Shown piece by piece: positions 1-8,401 of a stretch of DNA of 24,000 bases. Each line of letters opens with the position of its first letter. Position 1 is the first letter of the stretch. The DNA is from Alkalimonas delamerensis (GTDB lineage Bacteria; Pseudomonadota; Gammaproteobacteria; Enterobacterales; Alteromonadaceae), in contig NZ_JAUZVY010000001.1 of NCBI RefSeq assembly GCF_030717955.1, forward strand, positions 211,597-235,596, given 5' to 3'. The position numbers were made by a program, and so were the translations under genes. The notes beneath the pieces are model-generated. The model had not been told where the DNA came from. It searched no databases and saw only the letters and a list, made by a program, of their open reading frames with translations.

Positions 1-1300
1 CGGCCATCTGGGCCAGCCGCCGGGCGGCGAAGGTCGCCATCGAGACATGATCTTCCTGATTGGCTGAGGTGGGCAGGCTGTCGACACTGGCCGGGTGCGC
101 CAGCGACTTGTTTTCCGATGCCAAAGCCGCCGAAGTAACCTGGGCAATCATAAAGCCGCTGTTAACACCGCCATTGTTGACCAAAAAGGCCGGCAGTTTG
201 CTTAAGCTGGCATCAATCAGCAGTGCCATCCGCCGCTCGGACAAAGAGCCGACTTCGGCAATCGCCAGCGCCAGATTATCGGCCGCCATTGCCACCGGCT
301 CGGCGTGGAAGTTGCCACCGGAGAGAATGTCGCCTTCATCGGCAAACACCAGCGGGTTGTCGGTGACGCCATTGGCTTCGGTTTCCAGCACCACAGCCGC
401 CTGACGGATTTGCGTTAAGCAAGCGCCCATCACTTGTGGCTGACAACGCAGGCTGTAGGGATCCTGCACCTTTTCACAATCCTGATGCGAGTCCCCAAGC
501 TCAGAGCGCTCAGTCAGCAGATGGCGGTAAATGGCAGCGGCATCGATCTGCCCCTGCTGACCACGGATGGCATGAATGCGGGCATCAAACGGCGAGCGGC
601 TGCCAAGAGCGGCTTCCACACTGAGTGCACCAATCACGCTGGCCGCAGCAAACAAGTCTTCGGCTTTAAACAGACCTTCCAGCGCCAGGGCGGTGGAGGC
701 TTGGGTGCCGTTTAGCAGCGCCAGACCTTCTTTGGCCGCCAGTACTACAGGCGCAAGGCCTGTCAGTTGCAAGCCTTCTTTGGCTGGCAGTTGCTTGCCC
801 TGATAACGCACCTCGCCTTCGCCAATCAGCGGCAGCACCATGTGCGCCAGCGGCGCCAAATCGCCGGAGGCACCGACCGAGCCCTGGGCTGGAATGCAGG
901 GATACACGCCTTGATTGATCATGGCAATCATCGCATCGATGATTTCTGGTCGGATCCCCGAATAGCCACGCGACAGGGAGTTGACCTTTAAAATCATCAT
1001 CAGCCGCACCGTCTGATCGGCCATCAGCTCACCATAGCCAGCCGCGTGCGACAACACAATGGAGCGCTGCAGCAATTCCAGCTGATCCGGGGCTATCTTG
1101 GTATTGGCCAACAGGCCAAAACCGGTATTGATGCCATAGACGGTTTTGCCTTTGGCCAGCACATCGGCCACGGTTTTGGCCGAGGCTGCAATCGCCGGGT
1201 AAGCTGCTTTATCCAGGGCAATGGCCTGGTCATTTTGCCACAGCTGGCGCAATTGGCTCAGGCTGAGCTGGCCGGGTGTCAAGGTAAATGGGGTGGTCAT
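1..1300 (-). CDS. hutH: Histidine ammonia-lyase (histidase), 3' end cut by window edge
   Basis: Absent from the ORF track because it runs off the window. The reverse complement from ATG 1300..1298 reads [31 protein letters not shown]... It carries the MIO-family hallmarks [11 protein letters not shown] (Ser-His codons at 1046..1051) and [16 protein letters not shown] (Ala-Ser-Gly codons at 863..871), plus [10 protein letters not shown] and [11 protein letters not shown]. It starts 3 nt after the hutU stop. The + strand ORFs at 60..1330 are antisense to it. Confidence 0.92.
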   Translation of the reverse strand, partial: MTTPFTLTPGQLSLSQLRQLWQNDQAIALDKAAYPAIAASAKTVADVLAKGKTVYGINTGFGLLANTKIAPDQLELLQRSIVLSHAAGYGELMADQTVRLMMILKVNSLSRGYSGIRPEIIDAMIAMINQGVYPCIPAQGSVGASGDLAPLAHMVLPLIGEGEVRYQGKQLPAKEGLQLTGLAPVVLAAKEGLALLNGTQASTALALEGLFKAEDLFAAASVIGALSVEAALGSRSPFDARIHAIRGQQGQIDAAAIYRHLLTERSELGDSHQDCEKVQDPYSLRCQPQVMGACLTQIRQAAVVLETEANGVTDNPLVFADEGDILSGGNFHAEPVAMAADNLALAIAEVGSLSERRMALLIDASLSKLPAFLVNNGGVNSGFMIAQVTSAALASENKSLAHPASVDSLPTSANQEDHVSMATFAARRLAQMA

Positions 1301-1303
1301 GGC

Positions 1304-2986
1304 TTACTCCTTGGTGCTCAGCATCGGTAAATCCAGCCCTTGTTCGCGGGCGCAGTTTTGGGCAATGTCGTAGCCGGCATCGGCATGGCGCATCACGCCG
1401 GTACCCGGATCGTTCCACAGCACCCGGCCCAGTCGTTTGGCGGCCGCTTCGGTGCCATCGGCCACGATTACCACACCTGAGTGCTGGCTGTAGCCCATGC
1501 CGACACCACCACCGTGGTGCAGCGAGACCCAGCTGGCGCCACCGGCGGTGTTTAGCAAGGCGTTCAGTAGTGGCCAGTCGGAGACGGCATCCGAGCCATC
1601 CAGCATGGCTTCGGTTTCACGGTTCGGGCTGGCAACGGAGCCGGAGTCCAGATGGTCACGGCCGATCACGATAGGGGCTTTCAGCTCGCCACTTTTCACC
1701 ATCTCGTTAAAGGCCAGCGCAATGCGGGCGCGATCTTTTAAGCCGATCCAGCAGATGCGGGCTGGTAGACCCTGGAAGTGGATTTTCTCACGCGCCATAT
1801 CCAGCCAGTGGTGCAGGTGCGGGTTGTCCGGGATCAGCTCTTTGACTTTTTGGTCGGTCTTGTAAATGTCTTCCGGATCGCCCGACAGCGCCACCCAGCG
1901 AAATGGCCCAACGCCCTCACAAAACAGCGGCCGGATGTAGGCTGGCACAAAGCCCGGGTAGTCAAAGGCATTCTGCACGCCTTCGTCCTTGGCCATCTGG
2001 CGGATGTTGTTGCCGTAATCGACCGCGACCGCGCCTTTGCTCTGCATATCGAGCGTGGCCTGAACTTGCACCGCCATTGACTGCTTGGCGGCTTTGACCA
2101 CCTGCTCCGGGTTTTGCAGGCGACGCCCGGCGGCTTCGCTCATGCTCCAGCCTTGTGGCAGGTACCCATTCAGTGGGTCGTGGGCGGAGGTTTGATCGGT
2201 CACCACATCCGGGATGATGTTGCGCTCTACCAGCTCGGCAAAGACATCGGCGGCATTGGCCAACAAACCAATGGAGGTCGGCTTGCCGGAGGCTTTGGCT
2301 TGCTCCAGCAGCTGCAGCGCCTGATCCAGGCTGGTGGCTTTGACATCGACGTAACCGGTGCGAAGGCGGAAATCAATGCGGCTTTCATCCACTTCACAGG
2401 CAATCATATGAAAACCGGCCATGGTGCCGGCCAGTGGCTGAGCCCCGCCCATGCCGCCCAGGCCTCCGGTCAGGATCCATTTGCCGCTGGCATCGCCATT
2501 GAAATGCTGTTTGGCCATGGCGACAAAGGTCTCGTAAGTGCCTTGTACGATGCCTTGGGATCCAATGTAAATCCAGGAGCCGGCAGTCATCTGGCCGTAC
2601 ATCATCAGGCCTTTTTTATCAAGCTCGTTAAAGTGCTCCCAGTTGGCCCAGGCCGGTACCAGATTGGAGTTGGCAATCAGCACCCGGGGCGCATCCGGGT
2701 GAGTGGGAAAGACACCGACCGGCTTGCCACTTTGCACCAGCAAGGTCTGGTCGTCTTCCAGCCGGTCCAGCACTTCAACAATTTTATCGAAGCAGGCCCA
2801 GTCGCGGGCCGCCCGGCCGATACCGCCGTACACCACCAGCGATTGCGGGTGTTCGGCCACATCCGGGTCCAGGTTGTTCATCAGCATGCGTTTGGCGGCT
2901 TCGGTCAGCCAGCTTTTGGCGGTTTTCTCCGCGCCTCTGGTTGCGCGGATCACCCGGCTGTTATCGATACGTGGATCAGACATCAT
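1304..2986 (-). CDS. hutU: Urocanate hydratase (urocanase)
   Basis: 560 aa, colinear over its full length with Pseudomonas HutU as I recall it ([73 protein letters not shown]). ATG at 2986 overlaps the hutC stop (ATGA). Confidence 0.97.
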   Translation of the reverse strand: MMSDPRIDNSRVIRATRGAEKTAKSWLTEAAKRMLMNNLDPDVAEHPQSLVVYGGIGRAARDWACFDKIVEVLDRLEDDQTLLVQSGKPVGVFPTHPDAPRVLIANSNLVPAWANWEHFNELDKKGLMMYGQMTAGSWIYIGSQGIVQGTYETFVAMAKQHFNGDASGKWILTGGLGGMGGAQPLAGTMAGFHMIACEVDESRIDFRLRTGYVDVKATSLDQALQLLEQAKASGKPTSIGLLANAADVFAELVERNIIPDVVTDQTSAHDPLNGYLPQGWSMSEAAGRRLQNPEQVVKAAKQSMAVQVQATLDMQSKGAVAVDYGNNIRQMAKDEGVQNAFDYPGFVPAYIRPLFCEGVGPFRWVALSGDPEDIYKTDQKVKELIPDNPHLHHWLDMAREKIHFQGLPARICWIGLKDRARIALAFNEMVKSGELKAPIVIGRDHLDSGSVASPNRETEAMLDGSDAVSDWPLLNALLNTAGGASWVSLHHGGGVGMGYSQHSGVVIVADGTEAAAKRLGRVLWNDPGTGVMRHADAGYDIAQNCAREQGLDLPMLSTKE

Positions 2987-3711
2987 GAGCTCCTGGTTGC
3001 GCCTGCTGGCGCGAAATTTAAATGGCCCCCGAGCCGGTAACGGCTGCCCGGGGAGGTCAGATACGCCAGGCTGACAGCACCATCGCGGCTAAAAGTGCGA
3101 CGGGTCAGGCGCAGGCAGGGTTCGGGTTTTTTCAATTGCAAATGCTGGCAGGTGAAGCTATCCGGCAAGATGGCTTCCACCGTATGCTCCGCCTCGGTCA
3201 GCGGTGCCACCTGGCTTAAATACAGGTGCGGCGTGATGGCAGAAAAATCCTGCGCCATGTAATCCGGAACTTGCCGTGGATTGACGTAACGGGCTTCCAG
3301 CTGCAGCGGTTGGCGGTCTTCAAAATGCACAATCAGTGAGAAAAACACCCGCTCGTTGTGCTTTAAACCCAGCGCCGCCGCCACGGTGGCCGGGCAGGGC
3401 AGCTCGGTCAGCTGGAGCAGCTCGGCCCGGTAGCTGTGACCGCGGCTGTGGATTTCATCGGCAATGTTGCGAATTTCCAGCAAGGAGGATTGCGATTTCA
3501 GTGCCGCAACAAAGCTGCCCACACCCTGGGTGCGGTACAAAATGCCTTGCTCGGTCAGCTCTTGCAGCGCACGGCGCGCGGTCATCCGGCTTACGGCAAA
3601 CTGCTCGGCCAGCTCGTTTTCGGATGGGACCCGGCTGTGCTCGGGCCAGGCACCGATTTCGATCTGCGTCAGCATAAAATCTTTGATTTCGGCAAATTTG
3701 GCGACGGCCAT
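2983..3711 (-). CDS. hutC: Histidine utilisation repressor, GntR/HutC family
   Basis: N-terminal winged-helix motif [41 protein letters not shown] followed by a UTRA-type C-terminal domain. The ORF-track start at 3735 is a TTG. I use the first ATG at 3711 ([12 protein letters not shown]...), which fits HutC N-termini. The start is uncertain by 8 codons. Confidence 0.88.
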   Translation of the reverse strand: MAVAKFAEIKDFMLTQIEIGAWPEHSRVPSENELAEQFAVSRMTARRALQELTEQGILYRTQGVGSFVAALKSQSSLLEIRNIADEIHSRGHSYRAELLQLTELPCPATVAAALGLKHNERVFFSLIVHFEDRQPLQLEARYVNPRQVPDYMAQDFSAITPHLYLSQVAPLTEAEHTVEAILPDSFTCQHLQLKKPEPCLRLTRRTFSRDGAVSLAYLTSPGSRYRLGGHLNFAPAGATRSS

Positions 3712-3764
3712 GCGGTGGCGATCCCTTGGTGGCAACGGTTGCTGATAAAAATAGCCGATCTTGG

Positions 3765-3776
3765 TTGTATATACAA
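3765..3776. promoter_or_regulatory. Candidate HutC operator: perfect 12-bp palindrome TTGTATATACAA in the hutC/hutI divergent region
   Basis: TTGTAT|ATACAA is read directly at 3765..3776. It is the only strong palindrome in the 123-bp divergent intergenic region. It fits the GT-n-TA-n-AC / TGTATATACA type reported for HutC-subfamily operators. It overlaps a possible hutI -35 (TTGTAT, 16-nt spacer, TACACT at 3787..3792). Confidence 0.65.
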
Positions 3777-3834
3777 GTTTTTGCGGTACACTATTTTTAT
3801 CAAAACAGCACTGAATTGATTCCGGAGTAGCTTA

Positions 3835-5055
3835 ATGACTGAATTTGATGCGGTTTGGCTCAATGCCAATCTGGCCACCATGCAAGCCGGCAGCGAACCC
3901 TATGGCGCCATCACCGATGGTGCTATTGCTGTGAGAGATGGCCGTATTGCCTGGCTGGGCCCGAAAAGTGAACTGCCCGCCTTTGATGCGCTTAGTACCC
4001 CTTTGTACGATGTGCAGGGGCAGTGGCTTCTGCCGGGGCTGATCGATTGCCATACCCACTTGGTCTATGGTGGCAACCGGGCCAATGAGTTTGAAATGCG
4101 GCTGCAAGGCGCCAGCTATGAGGCCATTGCCAAAGCCGGGGGCGGTATTCGCGCAACCGTTAACGCCACCCGTGAGGCCAGTGCCGAGCAGCTGTTTGTG
4201 CTTGGCAAAGACCGGCTCAATGCCTTGCTGTCGCAAGGGGTGACCGAAGTAGAAATTAAATCCGGCTACGGGCTGGACTTGGCCAGCGAGCAAAAAATGC
4301 TGCAGGTGGCGCGTGAGCTGGCGGTGCATCACCCCATTCGTATCCATACCACCTTTTTAGGGGCTCATGCCCTGCCGCCGGAATTTAGCGACAGCGATGC
4401 CTACATCGATTACCTGTGCCAGACCATGTTGCCCGAGCTGCACCGCCAGCAGTTGATTGATGCGGTCGATGTGTTTTGCGAAGGTATCGGCTTTAGCGTC
4501 GAACAAAGCCGCAGGCTGTTCGAAACCGCCAAAACGCTGGGATTACCGGTCAAAGCCCATGCCGAGCAGTTGTCCAACCTCGGCGGCAGTGCACTGGTGG
4601 CCGAGTTTGGCGGTCTGTCGGCCGATCACATTGAGTATCTGGATGAGGCCGGTGTGCAGGCGATGGCGAAAGCCGGTACCGTGGCGGTACTGCTGCCGGG
4701 TGCTTTTTACTTTTTAAAAGAAACCAAAAAACCACCGATTGAGCTGTTGCGCCGGTATCAGGTGCCAATGGCGGTTGCGACCGATCTCAACCCAGGTACC
4801 TCGCCGCTGTGCAATCTGCCGCTGATGCTGAATATGGCCTGCACCTTCTTTGCGCTAACCCCGGAAGAAGCTTTGCTTGGCGTGACCCGTCATGCCGCGA
4901 CAGCGCTGGGTATCCGTGATGCAGGCACCCTGGCCATTGGCAGCAAAGCCAACTTTGGCTGTTATGCCATCAGCCAGCCGGCGGAGCTGGTGTATCAGCA
5001 GGGGGTGAATTCCTTGCGGCAATTGGTGATCGCAGGGCAGGCGGTGCCACTTTAA
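3835..5055 (+). CDS. hutI: Imidazolonepropionase
   Basis: 406 aa amidohydrolase-fold protein with [16 protein letters not shown] (HxH metal site), [13 protein letters not shown] and [17 protein letters not shown] lies 8 nt upstream of ATG 3835. It is divergent from hutC. Confidence 0.95.
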   Translation: MTEFDAVWLNANLATMQAGSEPYGAITDGAIAVRDGRIAWLGPKSELPAFDALSTPLYDVQGQWLLPGLIDCHTHLVYGGNRANEFEMRLQGASYEAIAKAGGGIRATVNATREASAEQLFVLGKDRLNALLSQGVTEVEIKSGYGLDLASEQKMLQVARELAVHHPIRIHTTFLGAHALPPEFSDSDAYIDYLCQTMLPELHRQQLIDAVDVFCEGIGFSVEQSRRLFETAKTLGLPVKAHAEQLSNLGGSALVAEFGGLSADHIEYLDEAGVQAMAKAGTVAVLLPGAFYFLKETKKPPIELLRRYQVPMAVATDLNPGTSPLCNLPLMLNMACTFFALTPEEALLGVTRHAATALGIRDAGTLAIGSKANFGCYAISQPAELVYQQGVNSLRQLVIAGQAVPL

Positions 5056-5070
5056 AGGGCTTTACAATTA

Positions 5071-6651
5071 ATGCCAGCCAGCTATGCTCGTTTTATCAAG
5101 ACGAACGAGTTGTTTGGCATGGGTGTTCTGGTAGGGCTGTTGTTGCTGTTGTGGACTGCTGCTGTGCAGGCCGAGTCGTTGGGGAGTTTCAGCGTGGAAA
5201 CTGCCTGGCCGCTGTTGCTGGTCGTGTTGCTGGCACTGGTCGTTTGGTTGGGCTGGAAAGTAAGGCAATTGCAGCAGCGCCTGGCTGATAAAAATCAGGC
5301 GCAGAATGGCGATTACACCCTATGGCACGACGAGGTCACAGGCTTTCCCAACAAACAGTTGCTGCGCCAGCAACTGCAGCCTCTACTGCAACAAGCAGAG
5401 CAAAAGCACTATGGGCTGCTGTTGGTCAAAATTACCCATTTTGAGCAAATTAACGAAGCGCTCGGTTATCAGAACAGCAATCTGTTGCTGATGCAGCTGG
5501 CCCACCGCATCAATGCCTTGCTGCAGCCGCATGAGAACCTGCTTTGTCTGGAGTGGCGTGAAGAAAAAGCCATTCGACTTTGTCATTTGGGTGGTGTTGA
5601 TTTTGTTGCCTGGGTTGATGTCAGCAATAAGCCGCATCTGGCAGAGCAGCTGGCCAAGCAGGTGGAGCAATCCATCTCGGAACCATTGATGTTGCAAAGC
5701 AGCGCGATGAATGTGCAGTTGGTCACTGGCATTGCCTGTTACCCGGAGCACGGCAGCCAGTTGAATGAATTGCTGGAGCATGCTTTTTTAGCCTTGCAGC
5801 ACCATCGTTGGCAGGCGCCGAATAATCCGATGTTTGATCCTGAGCTGTTGTCCTACACCGACAACAAGTTACGGCTGATGGCGGAGCTGCGTCAGGGCAT
5901 AGAACAGAATCAGCTGCTGCTTTATGTTCAGCCTCAGATAGACTTGCAGCAACGCCAATTGCTGGCCGCAGAGGTCCTGGTGCGCTGGCAGCACCCCAGG
6001 TTGGGATTGCTGGCGCCGGAATACTTTCTCGAGATGGCGGAGCAACTCGGAGTGGTGTACTCCATGACCGAATGGGTACTGCAGCACAGTGTGGCTGCTC
6101 TGGCCGAGCTGAAAGCGGTCTACCCGAGTCTGAAGCTGGCAGTGAATTTGTCCAGTAAAGATCTGCTGCAAGCTGAGTTGATCGACTACCTACAAAGCTT
6201 GTTGGAGCAGCATCAGGTCAAACCAGCGTCTTTGGTGTTGGAGCTAAGCGAGCAAACCCTGGCCGATGATCCGGTACAGGCCCTGACCATGCTGCAACGT
6301 TTGGAGCAGCTTGGTGTGGAGCTGGCACTGGATGACTTTGGCACCGGCTTTTCATCGCTGTTTTACTTACGACAGCTTCCTATCAGTCATGTCAAAATCG
6401 ATTGCAGCTTTATCAATGACCTGCACAAGAGCGATGCACACATCGCCATCGCTGGCGCCATTATTGATATCGCCCGCAACTTAAAGTTGGAAGTGGTGGC
6501 TGAAGGCATCGAAGAGCAGGAGGTGGAGCAAAAGCTGCTACGGATGGGCTGCACCCGGGGGCAGGGTTTCTACTATTCCCGGCCCTTTGAACTAAAAGGT
6601 CTGGTACCCTGGCTTAAACAGTGGCAGCAATCGTCTGCGCCTCGAGCTTAG
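5071..6651 (+). CDS. Membrane-anchored degenerate-GGDEF / EAL protein, probable c-di-GMP phosphodiesterase
   Basis: 526 aa. There are two N-terminal hydrophobic segments (GVLVGLLLLLWTAAVQA and WPLLLVVLLALVVWLGW). The GGDEF-like domain has its signature degraded to LGGVDF. The EAL domain has its catalytic set intact (EVLVRW, AVNLS, ELSE, DDFGTGFSSL, KIDCSF, VAEGIE, GQGFYYSRP). Confidence 0.9.
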   Translation: MPASYARFIKTNELFGMGVLVGLLLLLWTAAVQAESLGSFSVETAWPLLLVVLLALVVWLGWKVRQLQQRLADKNQAQNGDYTLWHDEVTGFPNKQLLRQQLQPLLQQAEQKHYGLLLVKITHFEQINEALGYQNSNLLLMQLAHRINALLQPHENLLCLEWREEKAIRLCHLGGVDFVAWVDVSNKPHLAEQLAKQVEQSISEPLMLQSSAMNVQLVTGIACYPEHGSQLNELLEHAFLALQHHRWQAPNNPMFDPELLSYTDNKLRLMAELRQGIEQNQLLLYVQPQIDLQQRQLLAAEVLVRWQHPRLGLLAPEYFLEMAEQLGVVYSMTEWVLQHSVAALAELKAVYPSLKLAVNLSSKDLLQAELIDYLQSLLEQHQVKPASLVLELSEQTLADDPVQALTMLQRLEQLGVELALDDFGTGFSSLFYLRQLPISHVKIDCSFINDLHKSDAHIAIAGAIIDIARNLKLEVVAEGIEEQEVEQKLLRMGCTRGQGFYYSRPFELKGLVPWLKQWQQSSAPRA

Positions 6652-7693
6652 CCCTGGCTTGCAAAAAGGCGTAGCAGAGACTACTGAGTACCTGACCACT
6701 GTGTGCCAGTCCGGCTTCAACCCCTGCCGGGTGACGGCTGGGTGCTGCTTCAGCCAGGTGCAGATAGCGGCAACGGGGCAGTTGCGCCAGCTGGTAGATG
6801 TAACGCTCGGCAGCCTGAACGGTTACGCCGCTGCTGGTAAAGGCGCTGACCGGCATCAGCTCGATGCTGTCGGTATCGAGTTCAATGCCGATGGCTCCTT
6901 CCGAGTTGGCGACAAAATCGACACAACGATCCAGCGCTTCGGGCCAACTCAGCTCTTCTCGCGGGCTTAGCGCCTGCAGGCTGATCCACTCGACCTCTGC
7001 TTGCCTCATCGCATCCAAACTGGCCTGGTTATTCTTTAATTCATGCAAACCCAGCACAAAGTATTTGTCCAGCAGTTGTTCGGCTTTGGCATAGCTGAAG
7101 CCATTGCCGCTGTGACGGCCTTCTTGCGGGCGAAAATCGGCATGGGGATCCAGATTGGCGCAACTGACCGGCTGACCACTTTGCTGGGCCAGAGCTTTAA
7201 TCAGGGGATAGGCATTGTTATGACCACCGCCAATCACCAGCAGATCAAAACCGGCAGCAAACAAAGGTGCTACGGCATCCTCCACCCGCTGATCCAGCGC
7301 AGCGCATAGCTGGCGCAGTTGGCTCAGCTGCTCTGGCTGCTGCGGATCCAATGCCTGGCTTTGTTGCAGCAGATCCTGGCAGTCGACTTCGCCTGCCAGC
7401 AGCACAGGGCCAAAGGCCTCACTAAATTGGTTGGCTTGCAGGTTCAGCCAGACCTTCAAAAAGGCTTGCCAACCGAGTTCAGCACCACCTTTACCCAGGT
7501 TGCCTCTGGGGCCGATATCTTCCGGGATGCCAAGGATGGCAAAGCGGGCTCCCTGGGCTCGAGCTTGCTGCAAGGTCTGATGCAGTGGCAGACTGGGATC
7601 GGGCAACAGCAGCTGCTGAGCAAGACGTTGCTCATTCGGTCGAGTGCTGCTCCAGGCGGCCAGCTCGGCCGCGGTGTAGATGCGTAACGCCAT
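6614..7693 (-). CDS. hutG: Arginase-fold hydrolase, probably formimidoylglutamase
   Basis: 359 aa with ureohydrolase metal motifs VIGGGHNNAYP, NLDPHADF (DxHxD) and IELDTDSI (DxD). The assignment to HutG rather than another ureohydrolase rests on its location in the hut locus. The last 38 nt overlap the convergent EAL gene. Confidence 0.6.
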   Translation of the reverse strand: MALRIYTAAELAAWSSTRPNEQRLAQQLLLPDPSLPLHQTLQQARAQGARFAILGIPEDIGPRGNLGKGGAELGWQAFLKVWLNLQANQFSEAFGPVLLAGEVDCQDLLQQSQALDPQQPEQLSQLRQLCAALDQRVEDAVAPLFAAGFDLLVIGGGHNNAYPLIKALAQQSGQPVSCANLDPHADFRPQEGRHSGNGFSYAKAEQLLDKYFVLGLHELKNNQASLDAMRQAEVEWISLQALSPREELSWPEALDRCVDFVANSEGAIGIELDTDSIELMPVSAFTSSGVTVQAAERYIYQLAQLPRCRYLHLAEAAPSRHPAGVEAGLAHSGQVLSSLCYAFLQARAKLEAQTIAATV

Positions 7694-7696
7694 GCT

Positions 7697-8182
7697 TTAC
7701 TCGATATCCAAGGGATCGGGCGATAAGATAATGCCGGTGTTATCGGCGTACAAATGGTCGTCTGGTAAGAAGGTGACACCGGCAAAATTCACCGGCACAT
7801 CAATGTCGCCAAAGCCTTTGTCGTCGGCTCCCACCGGAATGGCATTAATGGCTTGCACGCCGACATCAAAATCTTCCAGGGTATCGACATCGCGCACACA
7901 GCCGTAACAGACGATGCCTTCCCAGCCCTGACTGGTGGCCAGCGCAATCAAGTCAGCATCCAGCAAAGCCCGACGTGTTGAGCCGCCGCCGTCAATCAGC
8001 AAGACCTTGCCGACACCAGGCTCGGATAGAACCTGGCGGATAACCCCATTGTCTTCAAAGCATTTGATGGTTCGCACCTGACCGCCAAAAGAGCGACGGC
8101 CGCCATAGTTGCTAAAAATGGGTTCGACCACATCAATGGAATCGGCGTACAGGTCACAAAGTTCAGAGGTGTTGTATTCCAT
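7697..8182 (-). CDS. rraA: Regulator of RNase E activity A
   Basis: 161 aa, [46 protein letters not shown]...[19 protein letters not shown], colinear with E. coli RraA end to end. The ORF-track start 8239 adds 19 residues absent from RraA. ATG 8182 has GGAG 6 nt upstream, and a promoter lies inside the supposed extension. Confidence 0.93.
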   Translation of the reverse strand: MEYNTSELCDLYADSIDVVEPIFSNYGGRRSFGGQVRTIKCFEDNGVIRQVLSEPGVGKVLLIDGGGSTRRALLDADLIALATSQGWEGIVCYGCVRDVDTLEDFDVGVQAINAIPVGADDKGFGDIDVPVNFAGVTFLPDDHLYADNTGIILSPDPLDIE

Positions 8183-8218
8183 CAGGTGCTCCGGATAAAC
8201 AGCGAGGGGGTTGCCCTT

Positions 8219-8246
8219 AGTATAACGACCTTCCACCACAGCTCAA
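8219..8246 (-). promoter_or_regulatory. Putative sigma70 promoter of rraA (TTGAGC, 16-nt spacer, TATACT)
   Basis: On the minus strand, -35 TTGAGC is at 8246..8241 and -10 TATACT at 8224..8219. This would give a roughly 30-nt leader that contains the GGAG. Sequence match only. Confidence 0.4.
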
Positions 8247-8401
8247 GCCGAACTTGCTGACTGCTTTGGCTTTTGTTTGTGGTGGATCAAGCTGTTGGGT
8301 GGTTTTTATGCAACTTTTTTTTGGTGGTTGTGCGCACTTTGCAATAGGTCTGACTATGCTTGTGCATGAACCTTGTTATTCTCTAAGCAAATGGAGTCGG
8401 T

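Noticed and set aside
60-1674. A series of + strand ORFs (60..404, 434..715, 576..803, 767..991, 1046..1330, 1288..1674).
   Set aside because: All are antisense to hutH and hutU, whose translations are unmistakable. The products are Ala/Arg/Ser-rich low-complexity strings typical of the reverse frame of GC-rich genes.
2114-3040. A 308-aa + strand ORF.
   Set aside because: It lies entirely antisense to hutU. It has no recognisable motifs and no RBS. It is a long open reverse frame caused by codon bias.
3832-4347. A 171-aa - strand ORF overlapping the hutI 5' half.
   Set aside because: It is antisense to hutI. It would also have to start inside hutI and end in the operator region, and it has no motifs.
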